Notes under the pieces: model-generated
What the model saw: only the letters and a program-made list of their open reading frames with translations
Database searches by the model: none
Told to the model about the DNA's origin: nothing
Assembly: GCA_024710565.1 (NCBI GenBank)
Contig: JANJUN010000023.1
Coordinates: 12,909 to 76,908, forward strand
Length of the DNA: 64,000 nucleotides
DNA from: Candidatus Altimarinota bacterium
GTDB taxonomy: Bacteria > Patescibacteriota > Gracilibacteria > BD1-5 > UBA6164
Direction of reading: 5' to 3'
Shown here: positions 11,320 through 21,972 of the stretch, one piece after another
How the letters are laid out: each line of letters begins with the position of its first letter
Numbering within the stretch: the first letter of the stretch is position 1
Made by a program: the position numbers and the translations under genes

Positions 11320-12498
11320 ATGACCAAAAACTTAAGAGAACTGGAACAATTACAACAAAACCTTGAATATCAAAATGGCGAATTAAGAGTATTTATCGCT
11401 GATGTACTCGCACTTGAAAATAGAAATGAAGAAGATATGAAGGCTCGTATGATAGAAGTAGAAAATCTGGTAAATACCTATGGATGAGTAGTAATTTTAC
11501 AACACGTTCAAAAAAGAGGAACTCCTGATTATAAAAATTATATTTGAGGAGGAAAACTCGAAGAAATTATGCAAGAAATGCAAGAACAAAATGCTAACTT
11601 ACTCATACTTTGAAATATTTTAAAACCCATTCAAATATATAATATCAATGAAAAACTCAAAACTATCGGAGCAAAAGCTTGGGATAGAATAGACCTCATT
11701 TTAAAAATATTTGAAAAAAATGCCAAAACGATGGAATCAAGACTTCAAATAGAACTTGCCTCCATAAAACATATGTGACCACGTATTTTTGGTATGAGTG
11801 AAGAACTCGGAAGTCAGTGAAGTGGAGGTTCAAAACTTTCCAGATGAAAATGAGAAACCAACACAGAAATCATGAAAAGACATTTGAAAGAAAGGGAAAT
11901 ACATATAAAAAAAGAACTCGAACAATATAAAAAAGTAAGAGCAGAACACAGAAAATCAAGAAATAAAAGAGGAATGAGTACGGTTGGAATCGTATGATAC
12001 ACTAATGCTTGAAAATCAAGTCTTATGAATGTATTAACTGGAAAATGAGTATTAGCTGAAAATAAACTCTTTGCGACCCTTGGAACTTCTGTGGGAAAGA
12101 TGTATATCGAAAATCACTTTGATGAATCAGGAATATTTCTCAAACAAAAAGATGTTCTTATCAATGATACGATTGGGTTTATCAGAGATCTTCCACCCAA
12201 CCTCATTCAGGCATTTGCTTCTACTCTCGAAGATAGTATTGAATCCAATATTTTGCTTCATGTGATAGATGCTAGCGACCCAAAACTTGAGGAAAAAATC
12301 CAAGTCGTTGATGATATTTTGAAAAAAATATGATCGACACAAAAAAAAAAATATTTTTTTAAAAAAATAGATATGATTTCAAAAGAGTATTTAGGAGAAT
12401 TAAAAAATAAATTTTCTTATCTCAATCCACTTTTTATATCTACCTATTTATGAGAAGGAATAGAGGATTTAAAACAAATTATTTTAAAAAAAATCTAA
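11320..12498 (+). CDS. hflX: GTPase HflX
   Basis: Verified codon by codon. Motifs: RGKGETNTE; G1 GIVGYTNAGKSSLMNVLTG, with both glycines as TGA (11995..11997, 12010..12012); DTIGFIRDLPPNLIQAFASTLED; LLHVIDASDP. The G4 motif reads KKID rather than NKxD. Confidence 0.9.
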
Positions 12499-12515
12499 TA
12501 TTTCACGATAAAAAT

Positions 12516-12547
12516 AAAAAAATGCAAAAAAGATTTGCATTTTTTTA
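12516..12547 (+). terminator. hflX terminator hairpin (mirror 40024..40055)
   Basis: aaaaaaatgcaaa aaaga tttgcattttttt. Confidence 0.75.
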
Positions 12548-12592
12548 TTTAAATATATTATTCACCATACATTATTGTTTAACTTTTTTAGT

Positions 12593-12748
12593 ATGGTATG
12601 AGATAAACCTCGTTGATGGGTCATTTGATATACTCCGAAACAAGCCGAAGAATTAGCAAGACAAGACGCGATAAAGAAACAACAAGATGCAATGAAGAGA
12701 AAAATACAAGGGAAAGTATGAGTTATTTTGCAAAAGAATAAAAAATAG
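12593..12748 (+). CDS. Possible small protein (51 aa) in a mini transcription unit between two terminators
   Basis: ORF MVGDKPRGWVIGYTPKQAEELARQDAIKKQQDAMKRKIQGKVGVILQKNKK with 4 TGA codons and TAG at 12746..12748. It could instead be a small RNA. Confidence 0.3.
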
Positions 12749-12768
12749 AATGGAGACATTCTATTTTT
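12741..12768 (+). terminator. Terminator hairpin after the small ORF (mirror 39803..39830)
   Basis: aaaaatagaatg gaga cattctattttt. Confidence 0.75.
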
Positions 12769-12791
12769 TTATTCTCTCTTTTGAAGAGAAA

Positions 12792-12819
12792 TTGCATTTT
12801 TTGAAAAAAAATATATAAT
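12792..12819 (+). promoter_or_regulatory. Sigma70-type promoter of the SbcC-like gene (mirror 39752..39779)
   Basis: TTGCAT, a 16-nt spacer and TATAAT (12814..12819); the ATG is at 12849. Confidence 0.45.
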
Positions 12820-12848
12820 TTTTTTCAATTATTTTTTAGCTTGTTTCA

Positions 12849-15230
12849 ATGAAAATACTTTCTCTTAAATTATTACACTATCGTAGATTCCGCCAAGAAG
12901 AAATCAATTTTAGGGATGATTTTTCGTTAATTTTTTGAAAAAATGGTAGCGGAAAATCATCTCTTTTAGACGCTATTTGATATGCACTTTTTTGACCAAG
13001 TAGTAAGGATTTTGTAAGAGTGAGTAGGGAACATCTCAGAAGTGATTTTTTGCGTGATAGAGAACCATCAAAGATAGAACTTCAATTTCAGTATGGTCTG
13101 TGAGACTATAAAATTGTCAGAATTATTGATGCAGGAACAAAAAAATTTGCTTCTGATTTTATTATAGAAAATAAAGATACTCTCACAGGACCAGAGGGAT
13201 TAGAAATTATTGGATGAGATGAAATCAATCGTTATATCGAAGATCTCATTTGAGTCAACAAAGAAATGTTTCTTAGAAGTGTGTTTGCTAAACAAAAAGA
13301 TCTCGAAGTATTATCTTGATGACTTTCCCAAAGAAAGGAACTGATCAATAAGATTCTTGGATTAGATAGAATAGAGGAGATTATAGAACAATTAAAAAAA
13401 GAAGAAAAAGAGAAAAAAACGCTTTTAGAAATCTATAAAAAAAAGGTGTGAGATTTTGATGTAACTTCACTCAATACAAAAAAAGAAGAAATCCAAAAAC
13501 AAATCACCCATACAGAAGAAATCTATAAAAAATCACAAACACAAAGACAAGAAAATCTTTTACAATATGAAAAAATAAAACTTTCTTTTGAGCAAATTTT
13601 AGAGAAAAAAAATGCATTTACTCAATTAGGAACCGATCTTTCTGTAAAAAAAGAGCAATTGAAAAATCTTTGAAAAAATATTCTTGATAAGCAAGTTGAA
13701 CTTCTTGAAATAGAAAAAAAAGAGAAATATTTGCAAGAAAATAAAAATATTCTTTTGGAGAAACAAAAATATGACACGATAATTTTACAACAAGAAACTC
13801 TGAAAAATCAAGATAAAATAAAAAGAGATTTAGAAGAAGAGCTCAAAAAAAATCAGCAAGAAAGAGAAAAAATACAACAGAAAATAGAACAAAATACTCA
13901 AGAAAAAATAAAAGAAGATATAGAACTTTCTCAAAAAGACATAGAGCTTTTCCAAAAAAATATACAAAAAAATATTTCACTAAAATCTACTCTCGAAACA
14001 GAATTATTACAACTCAAAAATCTTTGACAGGAACTCGGGAAAGAATTAGAACTTTTGCAAAACTTATGACAAGACGCATCTTGTCCTACTTGTAAAAGGC
14101 CGCTTAAGAAAGATTTTCCAAATCTGGTTATTCTCTTTGAAAAAGATTTACAAGAAAAAAGAGATGCCTATAAAACAAAACAAAATGATCTTACTAAAAT
14201 TATATCAGAAATACAACAGGATGAAAAAGACTTACTTACGTCAAAAAATCAACTTCATTTACTTCAAAATTTAGAAAAAGAAATATTATTATCGTATAAT
14301 CAAATTCAGAATTATACCAAGGTGATAACAGATATATCTCAAAAACTTTCTTCTTTGAAAGATGTCCATTATAAAGAAGAAAATCATAAAAAAATACAAA
14401 TAGAGTTTGAACAAATAAATCAGGTTTTTCAAGAATACAATAAAATCTCTTGACAGGTGGTAAAAAAACAAGAAATTCTTCATTTTATTGATACCGCACT
14501 TCAAGATACAAAACGTATTCAAAAGGAAATCCTAGAGGGAGAAAAAAAATTATCCCATATTGGATTTTCTCAAGAAGAATATGAGAATATTCAAAAGGAT
14601 TTTGAAGAATGAAATCAAAAACTTCATCATATAAATACTCAAATAAGTGAGATAGAAAAGGTAAAACTAGCTTTCGAATTTGATATGAAGTTACTATTTC
14701 AACAAGAGCAAATTTTTTTACAAGATAAAAAACAAATTGATATTTTGGTTTGAGAGAGTTCAGATATTTTATTAAAAAAACAAATTTTATCGGATTATAT
14801 TCTCTATCTTTTAGCTTATATGAAGCCACGTATTGAGGATGTAGCAAGTGAATATTTTTCTCTTATTACTGATGGAAAATATACTACATTAACTTTGGAT
14901 GATGATTATAATATCATGATAGATGAAAAAAATCTTGATTTATATAGTGGGGGAGAAAGGGATTTAGCAAACCTTTGTTTTCGTCTCAGTTTAGGGCAAA
15001 ATCTTACCAGCCATAAATGAAATCCAATCAATTTTTTAGTTTTAGATGAAATTCTTGCTAGTCAAGACAGAGACAGACAACAAAATATTTTAATTCATCT
15101 CAAAAGATTAGAAAATAAATTTTCTCAAATTATTCTTATTTCTCATGCAGAAGAAATGAAGGAATTAGCTACGAACTTGATGGAAGTAAAGTCTATAAAC
15201 AAGCAAGAAAGTAGTATTGTATATCATTAA
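12849..15230 (+). CDS. SbcC/Rad50-family SMC-like ATPase (DNA double-strand-break and hairpin repair type)
   Basis: 793-aa ORF verified codon by codon. Walker A is FGKNGSGKSSLLDAI. It has a long K/E-rich coiled coil with a CPTC zinc hook (GQDASCPTCKRPL). The C-terminal signature and Walker B are SGGERDLANLCFRL ... LVLDEILASQD ... LISH. Confidence 0.85.
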
Positions 15231-15256
15231 AAAAAATTTTTTGTACCACTCAATTT

Positions 15257-15285
15257 TTGCATAATAAATAAAATTGTGATATACT
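15257..15285 (+). promoter_or_regulatory. Sigma70-type promoter of paralog A (mirror 37286..37314)
   Basis: TTGCAT, a 17-nt spacer ending in TGA, and TATACT (15280..15285). Confidence 0.4.
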
Positions 15286-15318
15286 TCACAGGTAACTTAT
15301 TTATTACCAAATACTATT

Positions 15319-15870
15319 ATGTCTGAAATAAATACAAAAGATTTTAACCAATCTACACCAAAAGTATCTCCTGATGAACTGATACAAAAAACTGCTTATG
15401 ATAAAAGAGTGGACAGAATGGATTTACCAGAGGTGAGAGCTCTTGAAAGAGAATTTTCTCAAGAAAAGCAATGAGTTATATCTCAAACCAAGGAAAAATT
15501 ATTGGCTCATATAGAGCAAAGTTTGGCAGATGGATTTACCGTTGAAACCCAAGAAGATTATGAGGTATTGACGAAACTACTTTCTCTTTTGTGAAAAAAA
15601 CAAATACTACCAGAATATAAAATACTACAACATATAGCGGATAGAACAGGAAAAAGTTTTTTTTCGATCAGCTATGATAAACAGGGAAATCTTTTGAAAT
15701 TGTACGCAAAACTTCCTCAAGAAATTACAAGAAATAAGAGAGTAGAAGCTTTGAGTTTTATGGGAGATATTTCTTTAGAAGACGGTCGTTTTACTCAAGA
15801 AAATTTGATTACGCAGTATCAATTTGACCTTTTACATAATAATAATCGCTTTGATATGAGCGAAAAATAA
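15319..15870 (+). CDS. Hypothetical protein, paralog family member A (183 aa)
   Basis: ORF with 2 TGA codons. It aligns by eye with the N-terminal 120 aa of 18456..19835 (DKRVD/DKRLD, GFTVETQEDYEVL/GYTVANAEDYGVL, ILPEYK/IPEYQ, FFSISYDKQGNLLKLY/LFSVVLTKDNNLELY). Confidence 0.6.
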
Positions 15871-15923
15871 AAGAAACCACCAAATAAAAAATAAAAACAA
15901 ATTTATAATATAATATTAAAAAT

Positions 15924-16823
15924 ATGGCAGAAGTACCAGCTCTACACGAGATTCCAAAAGTTGAATCTAAAAAAGATTTTAATCAAATAGTTGAAACCGC
16001 TTTAGCTGATAAAAGATTGAATCAAAAAGAAAGAGGTGAAATTTTAGCTTTGATAAAAGAAATGAATAAAGAGAAACAAAATATTCATAATCAAGCGATT
16101 CAAAATCTAAAAGATTTTGCAAAAACCTACGGATATACCGGATTTCAGGCGCATTTAGAAAAATCACTAAACTCTCAGAGTGCAGCAGTATCACAAACAA
16201 GCGAAATTCCTGTTGGAGAGTCATTATCAAAAGATGAAACTTTAGTTCCTTCAGAATCAACTCCACCACAAGAACCATCTTCGGTTGCACCATGAAAATC
16301 TTCTTCCTCTTCTTCACCAGAAGAAATATCTTTTATTGATAAAACTTGAGATTTTATTAGCTCAGGTTTTGATAAAGTAAAAAATATTTTTTCATCTTGA
16401 ATTGATTTACAAAGTATTCCAGAAAATGATAAAAAAATAATTGAAGAATTACAAAAAACATGATTTAAATTAAAGACAGTTGAATGACAAAAAAGTGTTT
16501 ATGAAGTAGATATGCTTTGATTAGGAGAAAAAAGTATTCTTACTATCGAAAATAATGGAAAAATAAAATTTTCAACCAACAGAGTCGTAGTTGAGGGAAA
16601 ACAAAAAGAATTTGAATTTTCTGATGTAAAAGAGGCGAAAGAAAAACTCACTCAAATAAATGAATATATTAAAGTTTCTTTTGAGATAAAACCCCTTGAA
16701 AATATTTATGAAACTCAAAGAGATTTTAGCCAACAAGATAGATATAGAGAATTAAGTACTAGAAAAGGAGCTTTAGAAAAAGATTTATGAATTATTTCAG
16801 AATCATCATCTGATTCAAAATAG
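15924..16823 (+). CDS. Hypothetical protein, paralog family member B (299 aa)
   Basis: The N-terminal module ETALADKRLNQKERGEILALIKEMNKEKQ is shared with A and C. It is followed by a Ser/Pro-rich linker and a unique C-terminal domain. TAG at 16821..16823. Confidence 0.6.
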
Positions 16824-16825
16824 TA

Positions 16826-16849
16826 AAAAACTCGCGAAAGCGAGTTTTT
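16826..16849. terminator. Bidirectional terminator with GAAA tetraloop (mirror 35722..35745)
   Basis: aaaaactcgc gaaa gcgagttttt, between convergent genes. Confidence 0.8.
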
Positions 16850-18335
16850 ATTTTATATATCCTTCCACAAAACTATCAACACTTTTCCCAAGACTGGCTC
16901 TTTTAAAATGAAAAGCAAATTTTTTGTATAAAATATCATTATTTATAAAGTTTGCCCCAAGCATAGTCCAAACTCTGTATGTTTTTTTTGGATGTAATTT
17001 ATGCCAAAAATTTGAGTAGAGTTCTTGAGTTCATTCAAGAAAATCCTCTAAATCATTTGCCCAATAATCTTCGTTATAATCCTCATGTTTTCCTCTTTCT
17101 TCTTCAAACTTTATACTTCCAAATGAGTAAAAATAATTTCTTTCAAAATATTCTTGCTCATTCCCATATCTAATTTTTACGACATATTTATGATTTTTTG
17201 AAGTTAAAATAGCATTTTTCAAATTGTCTTCAGAATTTGCCATCCGATAAGGAAGAAATTTATTATTGAGCATTTCGAGTATTTTTTGCTCCTGAGCTTT
17301 GAAGTTTCATTTTCTTTTATCCAGAGGGCCTACTTTATCAACTTTCCATAATTCTAAATCTAGATTTGTTTGAGGATTTGGCATTTCTATCGATTTTAAA
17401 AATGGAATATTTCAAGATATTTCAAATTTTCTGTTTTTGATTTCATACGTTTTTCCAGCTTCAAAATGAGTGATAGGGAAGTTTCTTCCATATTTTTTTG
17501 CAGCGTTTTTTTCAAGTTTTGCTTCTTGCTCAAGTTTTAAAATTCTTAGCTTTAAAAATTCAGGATTTGGTGCGACAATTCATTGTCCGATAACTGATTT
17601 CATAAAATAGGGAAGCTCCTGAATATCACTACACTCAATAAAATCTTCCTCAAAACGGAAATAATTATATTCGATTTCTTCTATTCTTTGAGTGGTATAT
17701 TCTTTTAAAATATTTTTTCTTTCCTCTGTACTTTTAGCTTCAATTATTTTGAAATTTCCTGGAAGCTCATTTCTTGTACTCATATAAAGTGCTTGTTCAT
17801 AATTTTTTGCGGTAAATAAATCATACAGCATATTGATGGATTCTTCATTTTCTGGAGGAACCGTATCAACGTCAGTATATAAAAGTTCGGTTTCATTTGA
17901 AATGGCTAAAGTCATGACATCATCTTCATTGGTCAAATAATTATTTTCAAAAATGATACCAGTTATATCAATTCATTTTAAGTTAAAAGTAACTCATGAT
18001 TTTAATATTTGAATTTTTTGTTTTGGAAGATGTTTTTCAAATAAAGGAACTAAAAATAATAAAGTTTCAGGAATTAAAAGGAGGGGTCTTGGTTTTAGAT
18101 TTTCATAAATTTTTGCAAGAGTGTATGGGTCAAGATGGTCTGAGTGGGAGTGACTTAAAAATATAGCGTCAATTTCCAGTTTTTCATAATCAATTTCGAT
18201 TTTTGGATATCTAGCCATCATATCACCAAAAGCATAATTTGAAAGCCAAGCATCAGAGAGTATTTTTATCGTTTCTCACGTAGAATTTTTTATTTCAATA
18301 AGAAATTCAGAGTGTCATAGGTAGTGTATTTTCAT
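16848..18335 (-). CDS. MBL-fold metallo-hydrolase with a C-terminal extension of about 300 aa of unknown function
   Basis: 495-aa ORF checked on the mirror copy 34236..35723. It has MKIHYLGHSEFLIE and LSHSHSDHLDPYTL (HxHxDH). The remainder is unrecognised. Confidence 0.7.
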
Positions 18336-18395
18336 AAATCTAGGTTAAAAATAATTTTTGAGATTATAGTGATTTTTTATAAAAATGATAATTTT

Positions 18396-18424
18396 TTGTA
18401 AAAGAAAAGAAAGTATGGTACAAT
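18396..18424 (+). promoter_or_regulatory. Sigma70-type promoter of paralog C (mirror 34147..34175)
   Basis: TTGTAA, a 17-nt spacer ending in TGG, and TACAAT (18419..18424). Confidence 0.4.
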
Positions 18425-18455
18425 TTCAAAGAGTTTAATTTTTAATAATAATTAT

Positions 18456-19835
18456 ATGTCAGACGCACTACAACAAAATCCATCAGAAGTAATAAATAAA
18501 GTACAAAATTTTAATGAATTAGTAAAAACTATTTCTTCAGATAAAAGATTAGATGGAGCGGATAAAAAAGCTATTGATGAGTTAGTTGGATTGTATCAGG
18601 CAGAAAAAGCATCATACATACAAGAGACAAAAACTCAAGTAGTACAACTTCTTCAAGAATCTCTTAAAAAAGGATATACTGTAGCAAATGCAGAAGATTA
18701 TTGAGTACTTGAAAAAACATTACAACTCATTAATTCAGAATATAAAATTCCAGAATATCAAGCTATGAAAGCAGTTGCTGATAAGTATGATACAGCGCTT
18801 TTTTCAGTGGTACTTACAAAAGATAATAATTTAGAGCTCTATACAAGACAATCTTATATTAGAACGGCAACGTCAAATACAGATTTATTAGGAAAATTTT
18901 CACTTATGGATGGAGTATATACCAAAAAAACTTTTCTTGATACCTTTCAATTTGACGATGATCTTAGAAATAATAATGGCGTTGATATGAGGGGTGTTTC
19001 TCTATCACATGCTCCTTTAATTCCTACTCCAGAAGAAGTGTCGCAAAATATCTCAGTAGATCCTAAAAAAATAGAAACTCCTGAGTCACAAGATGCTCCG
19101 TCAAACGTAGAAGTGACTTCATCAACACAAAAACCAGAACAGGTTGCATTAACTCCAGAACAAACAAAATTACAAGAGGCTATTCAATATAACAGAAGAT
19201 ATACTCCTGAACAAATAAAAACTATTCAACAGAACCTATGATTTACTGGAAATGAATTAGATGGAAAAGTATGACCAAAAACAGTAGATGCTATTAGAGC
19301 ATTTCAAGCACTCAATGATATTGTGATAGATGGAAAAGCATGACCAGAAACTCTTGATAAAATGTGATATATATTAAAAGATGGAGTATTGGTAGAAAAA
19401 AAACCAGAAGGTATACAAAAAGATAAAATGAATGGTGATAAGTCAACAGGAACAATAAAAGAATCAGTTTGAACAGAAAATAGAACTCCTCAAGAGGGTA
19501 TAAGTGAAAAAATATCGCCAGATTTTTTAATAAATGGAGTGACTATTGAGACACAAGAGTCATATGAAAAATTGAAAAAATCTTTATCATTAGAGCTTCC
19601 AGATTGGAAAAATCTCCCTCAAGAAATTCAGAATAAAAAATGAGCAGAAGTTTTTAGCTTAGCATTAGAGGAAGGAAAAATAAATGTATATTTTTGAGCT
19701 GTGAGAGAAAATGAATCCGGACAACAATATGTGATGAAATACTGAGAAATAGTAAATGGAAAATTTGAAAAAGCATCATTTTTTTGAGCTAATTTTGCCT
19801 GGGATGATATCTGAAATAATTCAAAAATTGATTAA
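18456..19835 (+). CDS. Paralog family member C with a central peptidoglycan-binding (PG_binding_1-like) domain (459 aa)
   Basis: The N-terminal 120 aa are paralogous to 15319..15870. IKTIQQNLGFTGNELDGKVGPKTVDAIRAFQALNDIVIDGKAGPETLDKM matches the PG_binding_1 repeat pattern. I see no obvious signal peptide. TAA at 19833..19835. Confidence 0.65.
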
Positions 19836-19850
19836 AAAGGAAATAAAAAC

Positions 19851-19878
19851 TTGAAAAAAAAACGTTTTTCCATATAAT
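19851..19878 (+). promoter_or_regulatory. Sigma70-type promoter (mirror 32693..32720)
   Basis: TTGAAA, a 16-nt spacer and TATAAT (19873..19878), upstream of the ATG at 19929. Confidence 0.45.
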
Positions 19879-19928
19879 TCGCCCATATTTTTAAAACACA
19901 TTACAATTTAATTTTTTAGTACAGAATT

Positions 19929-20261
19929 ATGGCAAATAGTCACGGACTTACCTCGAGAATTGTTAAAAAACAAGCAGCAGCAAGAAAACAAGCAAAAAAT
20001 AAAAAAGCATCATATCAAGTGTACATTGGAAATGAAAATCCACAAACGAGAAAAAATATGTCGTATAAGGCAAGAACACATTATTTTGAAAATAAACAAA
20101 ATTTTCCAAAGAAAAAATTAGCCAATAAAAATATTCAAACTCTTATTGAACAAGGAATTATTGATGAAAGAGGATTTTTTAAAACGGGGAAAAAGAAAAA
20201 TTTTATTACCAAATCTATGGTAGATGCAAAAGGATTAGACTTTTATGGAATGCCGAGATAA
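19929..20261 (+). CDS. Small highly basic protein (110 aa), unknown function
   Basis: Intact ORF without TGA. It is Lys/Arg-rich (MANSHGLTSRIVKKQAAARKQAKNKK...), has its own promoter and is followed by a hairpin. Confidence 0.55.
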   Translation: MANSHGLTSRIVKKQAAARKQAKNKKASYQVYIGNENPQTRKNMSYKARTHYFENKQNFPKKKLANKNIQTLIEQGIIDERGFFKTGKKKNFITKSMVDAKGLDFYGMPR

Positions 20262-20276
20262 GGAGTAAAAACTTCA

Positions 20277-20309
20277 AAGATTAAAGCCAAAAAGTTTTAA
20301 TCTTTTTTT
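20277..20309 (+). terminator. Terminator-like hairpin (mirror 32262..32294)
   Basis: aaagattaaa (9-nt loop) tttaatcttt followed by a T run. Confidence 0.5.
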
Positions 20310-20326
20310 AATAATAATATAAAATT

Positions 20327-21043
20327 ATGCAAAGATTTTTACTAAAAACAACCGTACTTGGAAATGATGAAATTATTCTCCAAGATGAAGAAATCATCTA
20401 CCAATTGGTAAAAGTATTAAGAGCGAAAAATACTGATCAGGTAATATTTTTTGATGGAGAGAATTTTTTTGATTATGTGTATGAAATTAAATCGATTGAT
20501 AAAAAAAATATTATTTTTTCATTCATCTCAAAACAAGAAAAAAAAGAAGAATTTGTTTGACTCAACCTCTATCAATCACTTCCAAATAAAATCGATAAAA
20601 TAGAAGATATTATTCAAAAATGAACCGAGATTTGATACAGTCATTTTTGTTTTTTTCGTTCAGAAAGAAGCCAAGATATCTATATTTCTGAGAATAAAAT
20701 ACTCAGATTTGAAAAAATTATTAGGGAAGCAGTGGAACAATCAGGTAGAAATAGAGTTCCAGAAATTACTTTTTTAGATGTTCTTGATATCACAAAGATA
20801 AAATGACAAAATATATTTTTTCATACCGATGAAATGGGGGCTGAAAAATTATCAGATATTGCATTTGATTTTTCATCCCAAATCAATATATTCGTTGGTC
20901 CTGAGGGATGATTTTCATCAAAAGAAAACGATATATTTCTTCAAAATAATTTTCTCAAAGCATACCTTGGAAATAATATATTAAGAACCCAAACGACAGG
21001 AATGGTAGTTTGATTTTATATTTTACAAACTAATAAAAAATAA
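20327..21043 (+). CDS. rsmE: 16S rRNA (uracil1498-N3)-methyltransferase RsmE
   Basis: 238-aa ORF verified codon by codon. Motifs: LYQSLPNKIDKIEDIIQKGTEIG, REAVEQSGRNRVPEI, VGPEGGFSSKE, LGNNILRTQTTG. Confidence 0.85.
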
Positions 21044-21046
21044 ATT

Positions 21047-21295
21047 GTGGCAATAGATTTAGGCGTAAAAGTAGCAGGGGCACATTCTCTTTTAGAGAGA
21101 GATATTGAAAGCATTTCTCCCCAAGATTTAGAAAAATATAAATGACAATTAGAAATAACCAGAGATTTAGTGAGGCATAATATTTGACTCTGTTTGTGAA
21201 GAAAAAATACCTCACCTAGAGTATTATTAGAGGCGTATCAATCAATAGGAGCGCTAGAAAACAAACTCTTACAAATACAAAAATTATTTCCGTAA
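21047..21295 (+). CDS. Possible small protein (82 aa, GTG start), in frame with and one codon after the rsmE stop
   Basis: ORF VAIDLGVKVAGAHSLLERDIESISPQDLEKYKGQLEITRD... with no ATG. It is locally less AT-rich. Weak call. Confidence 0.3.
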
Positions 21296-21306
21296 ATAAA
21301 ATAATT

Positions 21307-21951
21307 ATGGTTTTACTACTTGCGTTTATTACGATGCTTATTGATCATATTGGAATGATTTTTTTCCCGAGTGATGATATTTGGAGGATGATTGGGAGAA
21401 TATCATTTCCTTTATTTGCTTGGGGGATAGTGAGAGGGTATAAGTTGACAAAAAATAAACAAAATTATGCTAAAAGAATTTTAGCACTTGCACTTATTTC
21501 TCAAATCCCATTTTTATTCATCAATCAAGATTTATTTCTCAATGTGTGTTTTACGCTTCTTTTTTGACTTCTTTCCTTATGAACTATAGAAAATAAAGAA
21601 ATAAATCGGTATTTTAAAATTCCTATTATAGGTTCATTTTTAGCTCTTGCGGACTTTTTTCATTTTGATTATGGAATATATGGAATTCTTTCTATCATAT
21701 TATTCTACTTTACTTGGCAGAAAAAAATGACCGTTGTATATTTTTTTGTGCTGACATTTTTATTTTATGATGTAAATTACCAAAATATAACATTTCATTA
21801 TCATATACAGATTTTATCGGTAATATCAGTTTTTATACTGTATTTTACCCCCATACAAAAATATGATTTTAAGATGAATTATTATGTCAAATATTGATTT
21901 TATCCAGTTCATCTTATGATTTTATATTTGATTTATTGGTTTGTGAGATAA
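21307..21951 (+). CDS. TraX family membrane protein
   Basis: MVLLLAFITMLIDHIGMIFFP ... IGRISFPLFAWGIVRGYKLTKNKQNYAKRILALALISQIPF matches the TraX pattern. 214 aa; TAA at 21949..21951. Confidence 0.75.
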
Positions 21952-21972
21952 AAAAGGAGTTTCCTCCTTTTT
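21951..21972. terminator. Bidirectional terminator (mirror 30599..30620)
   Basis: aaaaaggag tttc ctccttttt between convergent genes. Confidence 0.7.

Noticed and set aside
11320-12498. The GTPase downstream of the AbiEi-like gene as its toxin partner, given that AbiEii toxins bind GTP.
   Set aside because: The protein is a canonical HflX with all HflX-specific N-terminal and GTPase motifs. AbiEii toxins are nucleotidyltransferase-fold proteins.
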